From positions 21,808 to 85,807 of the forward strand of contig JAUCBJ010006899.1 of assembly GCA_032718475.1 (NCBI GenBank): a stretch of DNA of 64,000 nt, given 5' to 3'. Origin of the DNA: Nemertoderma westbladi. Lineage: Eukaryota; Animalia; Xenacoelomorpha. Shown here piece after piece: positions 1 to 11,700 of the stretch. A program made the position numbers and the translations under genes. Numbering within the stretch: position 1 is the stretch's first letter; every line of letters starts with the position of its first letter. The notes under the pieces are model-generated. The model saw only the letters and a program-made list of their open reading frames with translations, had not been told where the DNA came from and did no database searches.

Positions 1-539
1 AAATTTCGTGCTAGCACCAAAATTTGCACACAGCACCGAAAAATACAAGTTTGATACGCTTGGTGCAACTCGTATATATTCCATCGAAACCAGAACCCAA
101 AAAAACCCCAATTGCGTAAAAAACAAGTTTGAAACAATCAATTTACAAAATTGCCATATTTCAAAATTTGGTGCTGGCAGCAAAATTTGGCACCCGCCGA
201 AAAAAAACAGGTTTGAAATTTCTAAATCATTTTATATGAATTCCATCCAATTGCTAACACCAAAAAACCGGTGTAAATCAATAATAGAGATGTTACAATT
301 CATATTTAATGAAATGAAATTTTCAAAAAACGTCTCAAAAAAGTGCCAAAAGTAGGGTTAAAAAATGGTGCTATAACTCGAAAACTACCCAATATTTTTG
401 AAAATGGTTTTCACTACTAGGAAGAGAAAAGATTTTTAGGAAAAGTCATAAAATTTCAGATTCCCAACTGCGTTGGTTTCAGAATTATAATAAAAAAACC
501 ACGGGGGGTCATATTGACCACCCCCCGAGTTTAATAGGG
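1..539. mobile_element. Right part of a non-autonomous piggyBac-like element (same family as 37879-39376)
   Basis: Highly similar to 38893-39376; ends ...TAATAGGG followed by TTAA (540-543); subterminal GGGGTCATATTGACC motif. Confidence 0.7.
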
Positions 540-580
540 TTAATGATTTAACAAGCCCAGAGAGATGCTTCTGAGTCATG

Positions 581-2744
581 TGATAAACAACCGCGACCTC
601 TATACTAACAGCAGAACTGTTGAACAGACTAATACCCGTTAATATCCTTCTGCCAACCTAGTAAGTTCTCGTCTAACCAATAAGACACAAAGACTGCTCT
701 ACTGTTAAGTAAAGGGGCTCAGGAGCGTGATATTACTAAATTGTAAGGGTTGCTAAATACAAAACCGCTACTTACCGTTAGATGGCGCTAATCTGCCGTC
801 CGCTAATATATTTACTAATTTTACACAACTCCTGCAAAATCGCTTGTTCCTTTCTCTACCGATTGCTCAATAGAGAGCTAACTGTTCGAATCTATGAGCC
901 ACGCAGGAATAACCAAAACAATAAACCCGAGTCGGCTCCCTAAGCTTACTTAAGACGAGTGCGAGAGGCCTTGCACTCAGAGTATTCTTACGCCTAATTT
1001 TATCACTATTAAAGCACGCTATTACCTACGTCTTTCTAATCGCGAATACTGGGGTTTCTCTAACGTAATGTGTGAATGCGAGAATATTTAAATATCAAAA
1101 TGGTACAGTAATTGTCTCTCGTGGATAGTACCACTCTGGGTCTACAATTGCCTGCAGCTGGCTTTAGGCCAGCAAATCACTAGCGTTTCGTGCGTACCGA
1201 ATAGTGCGTTCTAGCTGATTGCCCGCTAATGCAAATAACTGCTCAGCGTGAATAGTTTACAGTACACTAATTATTACCTTAGCTACTCTCCGCTATGCTG
1301 CGTACTAATTCTTAATTTTTTACTAATTAATTACAGTCACAAATATTTAACAGCGTACTAATTACTAAGAGTTCCAGAATACGTAATTCTAATTTATCAC
1401 GCAACAGGTTTCGCTAGTAATAGCCTAAATTGCCGTATTACTTTGACCTAATCAGTAACTAATTGTTGTAACTAAGAAATAGAAACCAATCAAAGAGAAA
1501 AGAGCGCCTACCTAAACATTCACAATCATAGGCACACTTCAATAACACACCAATCAGCGTTAGAAATCACAGTTTACAATTATGCAATTCACTACTCGTA
1601 CTCCACACTCAACGTTCGAAACGTTATGATACGTGCAGGCCTCTCCCGGGTACATATAGGACTCCTAACTAACCTGATTCCCGCCCCCCTAATACTAAAT
1701 AGAGACGAAACCTGGATCATCAGCCCCCTAATTACCGTACCGGCGATTGGTCTGCGTACCACAGCGTTAACTTCCCGACCGCAACCGTGACCCCACGCCA
1801 GCGTTGCTCGCTTTGAATCCTCCGCTCTCCCTTAGTCGCCCAACCCCCCGATGTGCCCACCGCCCGCTGGCGCCTTAGCCCTCCATTACGCTAATAGCTA
1901 CCGTAGCGGCACATGCAAATCACAAAGTCTGACAGTCTCAGAAATCCCTTAGGATTATTGCGCAGAAAAGAATCACATAGAACCATTAATCAAAGGTAGA
2001 AATCATAGTTCAATTGTAATTAGCAGTAATCGAAGGAATTATTGAGAAACACAAGCAAGTAATCGCACTAGCAAATCATTTCACGAAATTAATCAAATTA
2101 GCAAATTGCAGAAAGTACGATATCCTAATACAAAATTAGAGACAGCTCAACAGCAGTGAGAATGTGTCATGTGAGTGAGAGATTGATGATAGGCTCTACC
2201 GGCACACCGCCAATTTATAGGTGATCCGGGTGGGATGATGCAATAGGGTGACTCAATCGCTCTCCTATTGGCTCTCCAGTCCATGCTAGCATTAGACCAA
2301 CCTGGAAGCAGTTAATCCAATAAGGAGGCCGGATTGTAGCCCTATTGCTCAAATTATTACCATATATGGTAATGGATCACGTCTCTGGCTGCTGAATGGC
2401 CAGGACGGCGTCCCTATGCTAGCCCTATCAAACTAATATCAGCAAGCACAAAATCCAGGGTCCGAGTAAACTCGCTACCCTGGGACTATCTACATATATC
2501 CTAATACAAAATTACGTAGGTAGGGCTACATACTATACAAAATGGATGGTTTCAAATATATGGGCGTTTTGATTTCCCTACCTAAATACCACTGCGTTAT
2601 TATGCCTTATCTAAAATATCATGCTGCACAACGGACTAATATTACGTACAGTATAACGGACTAATATTGCATACTGCATAACGGACTAATACTGCATACA
2701 GTATAACGACTAATAATGTGGATACAGCGCCATATACCGTAACA
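581..2744 (-). repeat. 3' LTR of element 1
   Basis: Direct repeat of 17401-19564; only 4 substitutions seen by eye (1145, 1240, 1786, 1911). Confidence 0.97.
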
Positions 2745-3233
2745 CCGCTCCAAGGGAAATCATATAATGTTTCCCTCCAATTGTAGAAGAGTATAAGGTG
2801 ATGTATACAAAACAAAATAAATTTCTTCCAACCAATCTAAATAACATAATAATTCTACTATTTACAAATATTGCCATAGATATTGCATAATGAATTACAT
2901 ACAAATTAAATTTACAAAATATTATCTCTCTCATTGTTTAACGATTATTACATACAAATTAAATTTACAAAATATTGTTTCTCGTTCATTCTTACTACAT
3001 AATGATTACTACATACAAAATCAAATATAAAAATTTTGCTAGGGCAAGTGAAAGGAGTAAGCCAAACCCGCAGGTTTGTCTCCCCAATCACTTCCTTCGC
3101 CTCTTTCATAATATAAATTCAAATAACTCAACTAGTGTATATGAGTCTAGTCGAAGATTTTCAAATGCTACAATATACATCAGAGCGACGATGATGTATA
3201 TATCTAGAGTCTGTCGCCCTGTGCCATAATGTA

Positions 3234-4619
3234 TTATCGACCCGCTCCTGGGTTCTTTGGGCTCGCTCCTCTCTTTCGCCCCCTTCCCAGATACACTAAT
3301 CGTCCTCTAGTCGACTCCGTTGACGGCGTCCGTGAGGCGTCACTCCCCGGAACCGACGACGACGTTCCCTGAGCCCCGACAGATTCTCGGCTCGAACTTC
3401 TCCCTCGGCCTCGTCCCAATTGTCGCGCTCCCGTGGTCGCTTCCGCCAACTCTTCCTTATGCAGTTGCACACGCGCTTTCTCCGACGCCCCCTGCGCCTT
3501 GCGCTGCAACCGTTGAGCTTCTATAATTGAATGATAGTGATCGTCCTTGACTTGACGCTTGTCTTGGACCCCTCCTCCTGGTTCTTTCCGCGAGCCTTGA
3601 GCTCCAGCGGTCGTCGCTGTGGTCGCTGCGATCCTTTGTTCCTGTATCCTCTCGGCGGTCAATGAACCCACTGGCACATGAGTCAACAAGAATTCGTTGC
3701 GGTATTGTATAGCCGCCATCCTCCAATCACCTCGCGCGCGTACCACTTTTCTAGTCTCCGTAAATACACCCTTCGTGATGCGATCGCAAATAGCAACGAA
3801 GTTCCATGTGTACTTATTGTCCATGTTCAATTGTCTGAAGTATTCTCGGACTACGATAACTCCAGTGTTTTGTGGAAGGTCTTGAGCAGTTAGGATGAGC
3901 TCCTGATATTGTGGTAGCGATTGTAGATATGGCTCGTACGCAACATGCGATGGGTCTACCGCCCAAAACCCATATCCTGCTTTAAATGGTAACCAACGCA
4001 TCTGCGCTTGAATATGGTAATCCGCCACACTCTCCCACTTATCTAACATCTCCCGAAGTAGGTTAGCGCTATGGTTTTGAAAGGAATCATCTCGCAGCTG
4101 GCATCTCGCGCTACGATGTCCCTTTACCCCACAATATCCACATTGAGAAATGAAGACGGTGCACGTGTGAAACGAATGGTCGGTCTCATTACACCAACGA
4201 CAGACCTTATGCGCCGCCTCTACTACCGCGTCGCACGACTTTAGACTGTGCCTTGTGCTGCCGCACAATTTGCACCTACGCGCTTGTGGAAACCAGGCCC
4301 TCTCGTATATGAGGTCTCCAATCGGTTTCGCACTTCCTTCCTTCCCAATGTCTAATACGATGTCGTCCTCTCCAGTCAACGGTTGTCGATCCGGAACAAA
4401 GTAAACATCCTCGCCCTTGTCCTCTATCTCCAATATTTCCTCCCGCGTTCGTTTCGGATATGTCTTCTCCACCGGAAGATCTACTCCGAACACCTCTACT
4501 AACGTTTCCGGCCAGCCCTCCTTAACAGGTCTATCAGCCTCCGAGTGGAAGGGAGTACCAAACCCGCGGGTTTGATTCCCGAACCACTTCTCCAAAGCTT
4601 CTGGCGTCGGATATTCCAT
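3234..4619 (-). CDS. Element 1 accessory ORF, C-terminal part: triple CCHC zinc-knuckle protein with basic RG-rich tail
   Basis: CKLCGSTRHSLKSC, CRWCNETDHSFHTC, CGYCGVKGHRSARC (each C-x2-C-x4-H-x4-C); in frame with 4626-6941 across a single TGA; homologous to the C-terminal part of 60240-62789. Confidence 0.85.
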   Translation of the reverse strand: MEYPTPEALEKWFGNQTRGFGTPFHSEADRPVKEGWPETLVEVFGVDLPVEKTYPKRTREEILEIEDKGEDVYFVPDRQPLTGEDDIVLDIGKEGSAKPIGDLIYERAWFPQARRCKLCGSTRHSLKSCDAVVEAAHKVCRWCNETDHSFHTCTVFISQCGYCGVKGHRSARCQLRDDSFQNHSANLLREMLDKWESVADYHIQAQMRWLPFKAGYGFWAVDPSHVAYEPYLQSLPQYQELILTAQDLPQNTGVIVVREYFRQLNMDNKYTWNFVAICDRITKGVFTETRKVVRARGDWRMAAIQYRNEFLLTHVPVGSLTAERIQEQRIAATTATTAGAQGSRKEPGGGVQDKRQVKDDHYHSIIEAQRLQRKAQGASEKARVQLHKEELAEATTGARQLGRGRGRSSSRESVGAQGTSSSVPGSDASRTPSTESTRGRLVYLGRGRKRGASPKNPGAGR

Positions 4620-4625
4620 CGACGG

Positions 4626-6941
4626 TCAGTCTCCCAAATCTCCGATGTTCTGTCGATATACTCCTTCGAATATCGCTAATCCTCTCCTCACCATCGACGT
4701 ATTCTCTAACGATTGGTTGAAGAACGGGGTTAAGAAACGCTTCATCACGTCGGATTGGATTCCCCCTTTCGAGCGAACGTATTGATCTCCTCCGAATACC
4801 AATGGATGACGCTTCAAAACTCGCGCAACGATATCCGCTAATAAACAAGTCACCGTGTTCGACTCAAGCACCAAATAATATTGTAGCGACGCACGGGGTG
4901 GCGCGCAAATGTTCCAATACACTAACGCTTGCCGCTTGAAGTGGGATTTGAACTCCGCTCCCGGTGGCGTGTTGTATTCGCCATACGCCTCCTCGTACTT
5001 CTTTTGCGTCTTTAACTTAAAGTCCCAATTATACAACAAGTGTGCTATAAAGCCCATACCAGTCTTGGCAGAGTTGGGATACTCCCTATAAATTCCAATA
5101 TCCTGTGCCCATAGCAACAATAGCTTGGTGTCGACAAACGGTCTCGGCAATCTATCTTCCAGATCAGTCATGGCGTTGAAGTCACTCTCCAAATCGCTCT
5201 GGACTCCCGATCCCACCTTGACGTAATCTTGGTTGAGAATAGCCTCTCTAACTTTCTTGGGTAACATCCTGGCGTCGATACGCTCCGCTCCGTGCATACC
5301 TCCTCGCCTGCATACCTCCAAAATCTGTTCCCTAGGATCCTTCCCCTTCCGATATTGTGTCGTTATGATGGGCTCCGGTCTCTCTCGATCCGCCCTCACA
5401 CGCATAAACACATGAGTCACACCATCGGCCGCACGAATTTGAATACACTTGCTAGTCAAGCATTCCTGATGGGACCCTCCTTCATTGTCGTAGAACATCA
5501 CCCTCCAATCCTGCAGTGATTCCTCCGTCTTCCTCCACCGACGCTGAATCTCGTCTGATGGGGTCCACATGCGCTCGATCGCCTTGTGGTCATCATATCG
5601 GGTATAAGAACCCTTCCTCCTCAGCCACGTCTGGTCTACCTCCTCGTCGTCTGGGAATGTAGCCACCGCGACCCATACCTTGATGTACTTATCCAACCAT
5701 CCGAATAGCTTACTCTCCTTCCCCGGAGCTCCAATCTTATCCAACGTGTCATAATCTATGATCTGCATTGGGACATCACGCAAGAACTTCGCGCATAAAA
5801 CTTCCCGTAGACAGTCAACGTTCCAATGGTCCGCCATTCTTACCATCGGCAAGAATCGTATCGCTTCTCGCGACTCCGGATGATCTACTAATATCGCAGG
5901 TTCGGTGCCGTCGGAATAATACACCGGTCCGGGTTGAGATACGACCTGTGGAACAAATCCGGTCACTCTCCTCGTCTCCTCTTGATGTCTATCCGCGGTC
6001 TTATTATACTCCGCTATCCTGTTCTCAAATAACTCTTTCGCCTTCGCCGCTCGCTCCTCCTGCCGCAACGCGTCTATGTCGTCCTGATGCTCAGGCGTGA
6101 GGCTTCTCACTCGGTGAGGTGAAGTAAACGCAGTCCAGGGACTCGAGAGCTCCAAACCCGCGGGTTTGGTACCCGAGTCCCGCGCCGCTTCGCGCCGCGC
6201 CTCTAGATCCTTATAGGCTCGGTACAGCGAAATGGCCGCTGCCGTCTCTATCAAACTGGGTGTCGAACAGGGTTTAATCTCCGTATACGGATCTAATGTC
6301 GTAACGGTCGGCGTAATGGGTCTCGGAAGTCGCTTTCCACTGAAGTCGATACTGATCATCGGGTTGCTCATCGGGTAACCTCCCTCGTTGTATCTAAGGA
6401 ATTGGTGAGCTGGACATCGCGTTAATATCGGTTCCGGATGTTGCTCGTCTAGTCGGTCGGGAATCGCCACGTCCTGTTTATTCATGCATTCACCACACTT
6501 GTAGAAGAGCTTGTATACGCTGAAGACCTTCGGCGTCTCCTGATCCTCGCCTCGAGTCCTCCGATACAGGTGCATTCCGTCGAACTGGTCTCGGACTGCA
6601 GGTAGAGGCTCCTCATGTCGTAAATACATATTCATATGGTATAGTCGTGCGATTTCCTCGTCCGGATCTGCGCTAATGTCGCACACGACCAAAGCAAAGT
6701 CGTAGGGATACCGCGTGCGATACTCTTTCCGCAAAACTTCCATCCGGTCCCCCAACGCTCTCATTCTTTCTCTCCGTAATTCTTTATCATAACTTGGTTT
6801 ATACTTCCCGTTCAGCTCCATCACGGACCGCCCATGGTAGTAAACGTTAGAGTCTTTACATCCTGGTCGCGCGAATGGTAGCTCCGCCTCCTCTCTGGCA
6901 GTAAATCCTCTGCGCGGTTGCGCTCTAATATCCCTCTCCAT
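4626..6941 (-). CDS. Element 1 accessory ORF3: unknown N-terminal region plus DEDDy-like 3'-5' exonuclease domain (WRN/EXD/MUT-7/RNase D type)
   Basis: 771 aa; ExoI FYDNEG, CIQIRA strand, LPKKVREAILNQDYVKVGSGVQSDL (ExoII), FVDTK, ExoIII-like QYYLVLE. Confidence 0.8.
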   Translation of the reverse strand: MERDIRAQPRRGFTAREEAELPFARPGCKDSNVYYHGRSVMELNGKYKPSYDKELRRERMRALGDRMEVLRKEYRTRYPYDFALVVCDISADPDEEIARLYHMNMYLRHEEPLPAVRDQFDGMHLYRRTRGEDQETPKVFSVYKLFYKCGECMNKQDVAIPDRLDEQHPEPILTRCPAHQFLRYNEGGYPMSNPMISIDFSGKRLPRPITPTVTTLDPYTEIKPCSTPSLIETAAAISLYRAYKDLEARREAARDSGTKPAGLELSSPWTAFTSPHRVRSLTPEHQDDIDALRQEERAAKAKELFENRIAEYNKTADRHQEETRRVTGFVPQVVSQPGPVYYSDGTEPAILVDHPESREAIRFLPMVRMADHWNVDCLREVLCAKFLRDVPMQIIDYDTLDKIGAPGKESKLFGWLDKYIKVWVAVATFPDDEEVDQTWLRRKGSYTRYDDHKAIERMWTPSDEIQRRWRKTEESLQDWRVMFYDNEGGSHQECLTSKCIQIRAADGVTHVFMRVRADRERPEPIITTQYRKGKDPREQILEVCRRGGMHGAERIDARMLPKKVREAILNQDYVKVGSGVQSDLESDFNAMTDLEDRLPRPFVDTKLLLLWAQDIGIYREYPNSAKTGMGFIAHLLYNWDFKLKTQKKYEEAYGEYNTPPGAEFKSHFKRQALVYWNICAPPRASLQYYLVLESNTVTCLLADIVARVLKRHPLVFGGDQYVRSKGGIQSDVMKRFLTPFFNQSLENTSMVRRGLAIFEGVYRQNIGDLGD

Positions 6942-7702
6942 TATGCCTCGCGTATATACATATATATATATCCCAATAAGTGCCGTTACGTAACCAACTA
7001 CACTGTGGGTAAATCAGTTAGATGCCGCCGAAGGACAGACCTCCCGAACCCCCCCCCGCCTTCCAGCAGTTCAGGTTCGACTCTCTAGATCCCGTCTCTT
7101 CCTAACTAACTATCCTCTAACCTATTCCCATGCATAGCGCAAAAACTTTGGAGATAAACTGGCCGTGACCAACTCACTTTTTGATGCCCAAACTACTCCC
7201 ATTACTCCTACTAAACTACAGTAGTTAGAAAGGACCATAGCCACAATACTCGACTATACCAAACCCACAGGTTTGATAATCGAACATCACACATCCTGCA
7301 AACTACTGAGTGGGGTCCGTGCACGCCTCTGGTGCTACTAACCTTTAGCACCCTAGTTGCACTGTTGGCACCAATCTGTGGAAGTTGCTAAACTCAATTT
7401 ACACTCCTACGTAATATAGCCGTCACCATGGTTTCTAAATGCTATTTTCCAGGCTTCACGACTTTCAAATTACTGTTTATCTATAGACGAATTCTAAAAC
7501 GCGTCTATACACAGCGTCTGGAATTGTCTTGGGTTCACTTCTAATTTTTTAAAATTTTAAATTTTCCAAAAAATTTTTGAAAATAAAATTTTGTTTTGAT
7601 ACCCACCAGACAAAACTCAACGCAAATCACCACAACCCCGCTCCTATGCATTTCCGTGTATTTGCATACGAGGAATGCATACGAAGTGAGTTGCCTCTAA
7701 CA

Positions 7703-8759
7703 CTAACTCTGTTTGGAGGCAGGAGACAAATTATAATCTCCCGTCTCGATACGTGTCTCCTCTAATAACACAATATCTTGGACCGGTCGGTCCAAGGTGT
7801 GTAAACCATTAGTTTTACACTTTTTTGGGTGCGGACACTTGCACCTAATTTTCACAGTGACTGTGCGCACTATGTTTTGCACGTCTGGGTGTGTGTGCGA
7901 GATCACTCCTGTCTCCCAATACTTTCTCTTGACAATGGGTTCGGTTATCAACACGTAATCTCCCCTTTGGAGACTCCGAACCGTTTTGTACCACTTTGTT
8001 CTGGTAGATATGGTGGGAAGATAGTATTCCCGCCAATATTCCCAGAATGTGTACGCCACAAACTGTGTTACTTTCCAGCTTTTACGACTATATAGGTCGG
8101 CACTAATGGGTTCTGATGCCGGCACAAGAAATGCTGGACTCTGCATTAGCAAATGATTCGGCGTTAATGCAACACCGTCTGGCAACATAGCTATCGGACT
8201 CGAGTTTAGGGTATGCTCGATTTCAATGAAAGCTGTGACCAGTTCGTCGTCGGTAAGTTGTTTGTTCACAGGCAACGTCTTAGCAATGGCCTGCTTTACA
8301 GAGCGAACTAAACGCTCCCAACTTCCTCCTCTCCAAGGACTCTCTGGAGTATTGAATCTCCATTCTACTCGTTGCGGCAAAAGTGCTGCAGAAATTTCCT
8401 TATTCTGTGCTACTTTATGAGCCGCATTCAACTCGCTATTCCCTCCGACAAAGTTTGTACCCTTGTCAGAGTAGAACGCCTTTACTAGTCCTCTCCTGGC
8501 CATAAATCTCTTCAAGGCCAGGAGCAGAGATTTGGTCGACATGTCTGCCACACGCTCGATATGTATGGCTCTACTAGCCATACATGTCAGTAGCAGACCC
8601 CATCGCTTGTGGGTCAGCCGTCCACTCTGCTTCAATCGGACCAAAACAATCCACCCCTGTGTTCGTAAAGGGTGGGTCATATGCCTGCACTCTCGCTTCC
8701 GGGAGTTCAGCCATCTCCTGTTCCAATACTCTGGTGTTCACCCTCTTGCAAACCAGACA
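7703..8759 (-). pseudogene. Element 1 integrase core, cut off from pol by two frameshifting lesions (~8760 and ~8633)
   Basis: Alternative frame 8759-8634 reads CLVCKRVNTRVLEQEMAELPEARVQAYDPPFTNTGVDCFGPI; ORF 7703-8680 continues KRWGLLLTCMASRAIHIE, YSDKGTNF, GGSWERLV, W..YLP..RTKW. Confidence 0.9.
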
Positions 8760-11700
8760 GGCGTCGTACTGCCCTGCTTGGCTGCAATAGAATGAATCGC
8801 TGTCTCGCTGCCGACAGACAGTGTAACTTTCCCGCGTGATGCAACCTCTTGTGTATATCCCATAGAATCGCTCTTTGCAATTCCATCGGGTAACTAGGGA
8901 TTATCACTGGGAATCGAAACTGTGAGTTTATGTCGACAGTCTGGATTCTCGATCTATGACAAATCAAACCCTTATGGATTAATGGACTCCATTTTCTAAG
9001 GGGTTTATAGAGAACTGGTCGTTGAGCCGATAATAGATGGAATTCTTTAGGGAAGGCACACATTTGATAATGTTTCAAATGCTTTAATTCCGCTTGATCA
9101 ATCTCATCCTCCGTCAGAGGTTGTTTCAATTTCCGAATTCGCTCACTATTGGTGCTCAATGGTTCTCTCAAATGTTTCGAATATTTTATACAAAGGTACG
9201 AAACGTATCGGCTTAACCACGCAGTTCTTTTACAAATTGTCAGCCAAGAGGCAGACGAATTTAGTAATTTGTCATAAACACTGCATGACTCTAATGCCAG
9301 CGACGGTTGTCCGCTAACCAATGGAAGTTTCGAATCCAAACCCGCAGGTTTGGAAACCAAAGACTCCATTTTGTCGGTCATTTTCTGTCCGTCACTTACC
9401 AACTGTGACTCCGGTTTAGTCTGTAAGGGTGGTTTTACGTCATAACTTACCCTTCCAGACCTAGTAGTCACGTAAGTCTGTTGGTCTGACAGGTCTCCGG
9501 GCCGCTCCAATAACTCTTCAGGCCGCTCTAATGACTCTTCAGGCCGCTCCAATGACTTAAGTTTGGCTTTAGACTTCGACTTAGAGACTTTCTCCACTTT
9601 GACTTCTGCATCTTCAGGCATCGGATTGGTCACTATCTTTAGTCGCTCTGGCCAATGTTCCTGTGTCCTCGTTAGAAAATCAGGTCCATGCAACCAAAAC
9701 TCCTGCGACTCTTCCTGACAGAATTCCGCCGGCATTGCACCTCTCGAAGTTATGTCGGCCGGGTTCAACACTCCCGGACAATGTCTCCATTGTTCCTTCG
9801 TCGAAAAGTCGACGATCTGAGCGCGTCTATTGGCCACAAATGTCTTTAGTGCAATATTGTCGGCCGCAATGTATACTAACACCAAGGATGCGTCCGTCCA
9901 ATAGAATAAGGTCAATGTCGTGTCTAACTCCTCAGTTATTTGCTTACTTACCTCGACCGAAACTACAGCCGCCTGTAACTCTGCACGAGGGACAGTCATG
10001 TATTTGACCGGCATTGTCTTTGATCTAGAAGTCACAAAGGCCGTCTCAAATTTGTCCTGACTTACCTCTCGGCGAAGGTAGGCTACCATACCAAAGCCGG
10101 TGTCACTTGCGTCACTGAACAGATGCCGCTCTAAATCAGTTGGAAATACCAGCTGATTCGGAAAGTAGGAACGGGGTACATCTATATTTTTCAACAGATG
10201 CAACTCGGCTTCCCACTCCCTCCACTGCTTTGCATGTATAGGAGATATTGGTTCGTCCCACTCTAAGTCGGACAACCAAATTTTCCTCATGCACGCTCGT
10301 GCCTGTAATATAACCGGACTGATAAAGTTCATCGGGTCAAATAGTCTACTTAATGTCGATAAGCAAATCCTCTTTGTCAAAACTTTGTCTGGGCTACTGG
10401 GCTCAAATCTAACTCTTACCTGGAACTTATCCGAATTCGGATTCCAAGCGAGTCCCAGTACTCGCGCCATGGGGATTGGTTCTACCCCCAATTCTATGTC
10501 TCCGCTCCCGCGATCCTTTACCGGGAACGATTCTAATAGGGCCTCCGAGTTAGTAGTGAACTTGGTCAGAGGAAATCCCCCTGTAGCCAAGCACTCTTGC
10601 AGGCCGTGAGCCACTTCTATGGCTTGTTCCGCCGTGTCCTTGGACACCAAGCCGTCGTCCATATAGAAGTTTCTCAAGATAGACTCGATTACTTCTACTG
10701 GATACTTACCAATCTGGGCTGTTGCCGTTTTCTTTAGAACGAACAGCGTGCCATTCGGACTATCGCGGGCGCCAAATATCCTAACGTACATTTGGTATGT
10801 AACCACTGGGCCGGATAAGTCTTCATTCTCAAACCAGAGAAAGCGAAGGCTATCCTGGTCTGCCTTACAGGCTCTTACCTGGTGGAACATCGCCTCGATG
10901 TCACAAGTAAATGCGAATCGCCGCTGTCTAAAACGCAACAGTATTCCAATCAAATAGTTATTCAGGTTGGGACCATCCATCAACTCTGAATTCAGGGACA
11001 TACCTCTATAGACTGCTGCGCAGTCGTTGACTACTCGGACTTTGTCTGGCTTGTCGGGGTGAGTCACATAGTGGTGTGGAAGGTAATAAGTCTGGTCTGT
11101 CACTAAGTCAGGGTCCTCTACCTTCCCAGCAAATCCCTTGGCGAAATAGTTGTTGATCTGGGCGCAATACTTCTCCCTAATGTCCGGATTCTTCAACAAC
11201 CGAGCCCTTACTCCGTTTAATCTTTTCAAGGCTAAGCTGTAGTTGTTCTCCAACTTAGGTGGTTGTCGACGCCACAACATTCCAACTTCAAAATGTCCAG
11301 TCGGTAGCAGACGTATGGTGTCTTCCATCATCTCCAACGACCGTTTCTCATCAGTAGACATGGCTAGGTCATATCCACCGGGTTCCATTGCGTCCCTATC
11401 CAGCCATTCGACAGTTCTGGCTCCTGTCTCGAGGTCCTGGCGTATCAATTCCTTCTGTAATTCCTCCTCACTGTATTGGAAAATGTCTAGGTCTCGATAT
11501 TTAGCCGCTTGACCCTCCACTATGTCTGTATAAGTCAAAACGTTAGTCAGATAAGTAGCGTGGGCCGCTGAACCAGACCCACGGGTCTGATAACAGTAGT
11601 CCTCGGGTTCACTATCTGTCCGGTCGTTATGAAGTGGTTCCGACAACCTAACATTATCGGGAATCAACTCCTCGTCCGACTCGCTAAAGTCACTATAGTG

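Noticed and set aside
8-355. 115-aa ORF
   Set aside because: Lies in the non-coding subrepeats of a MITE; the sibling copy has indels
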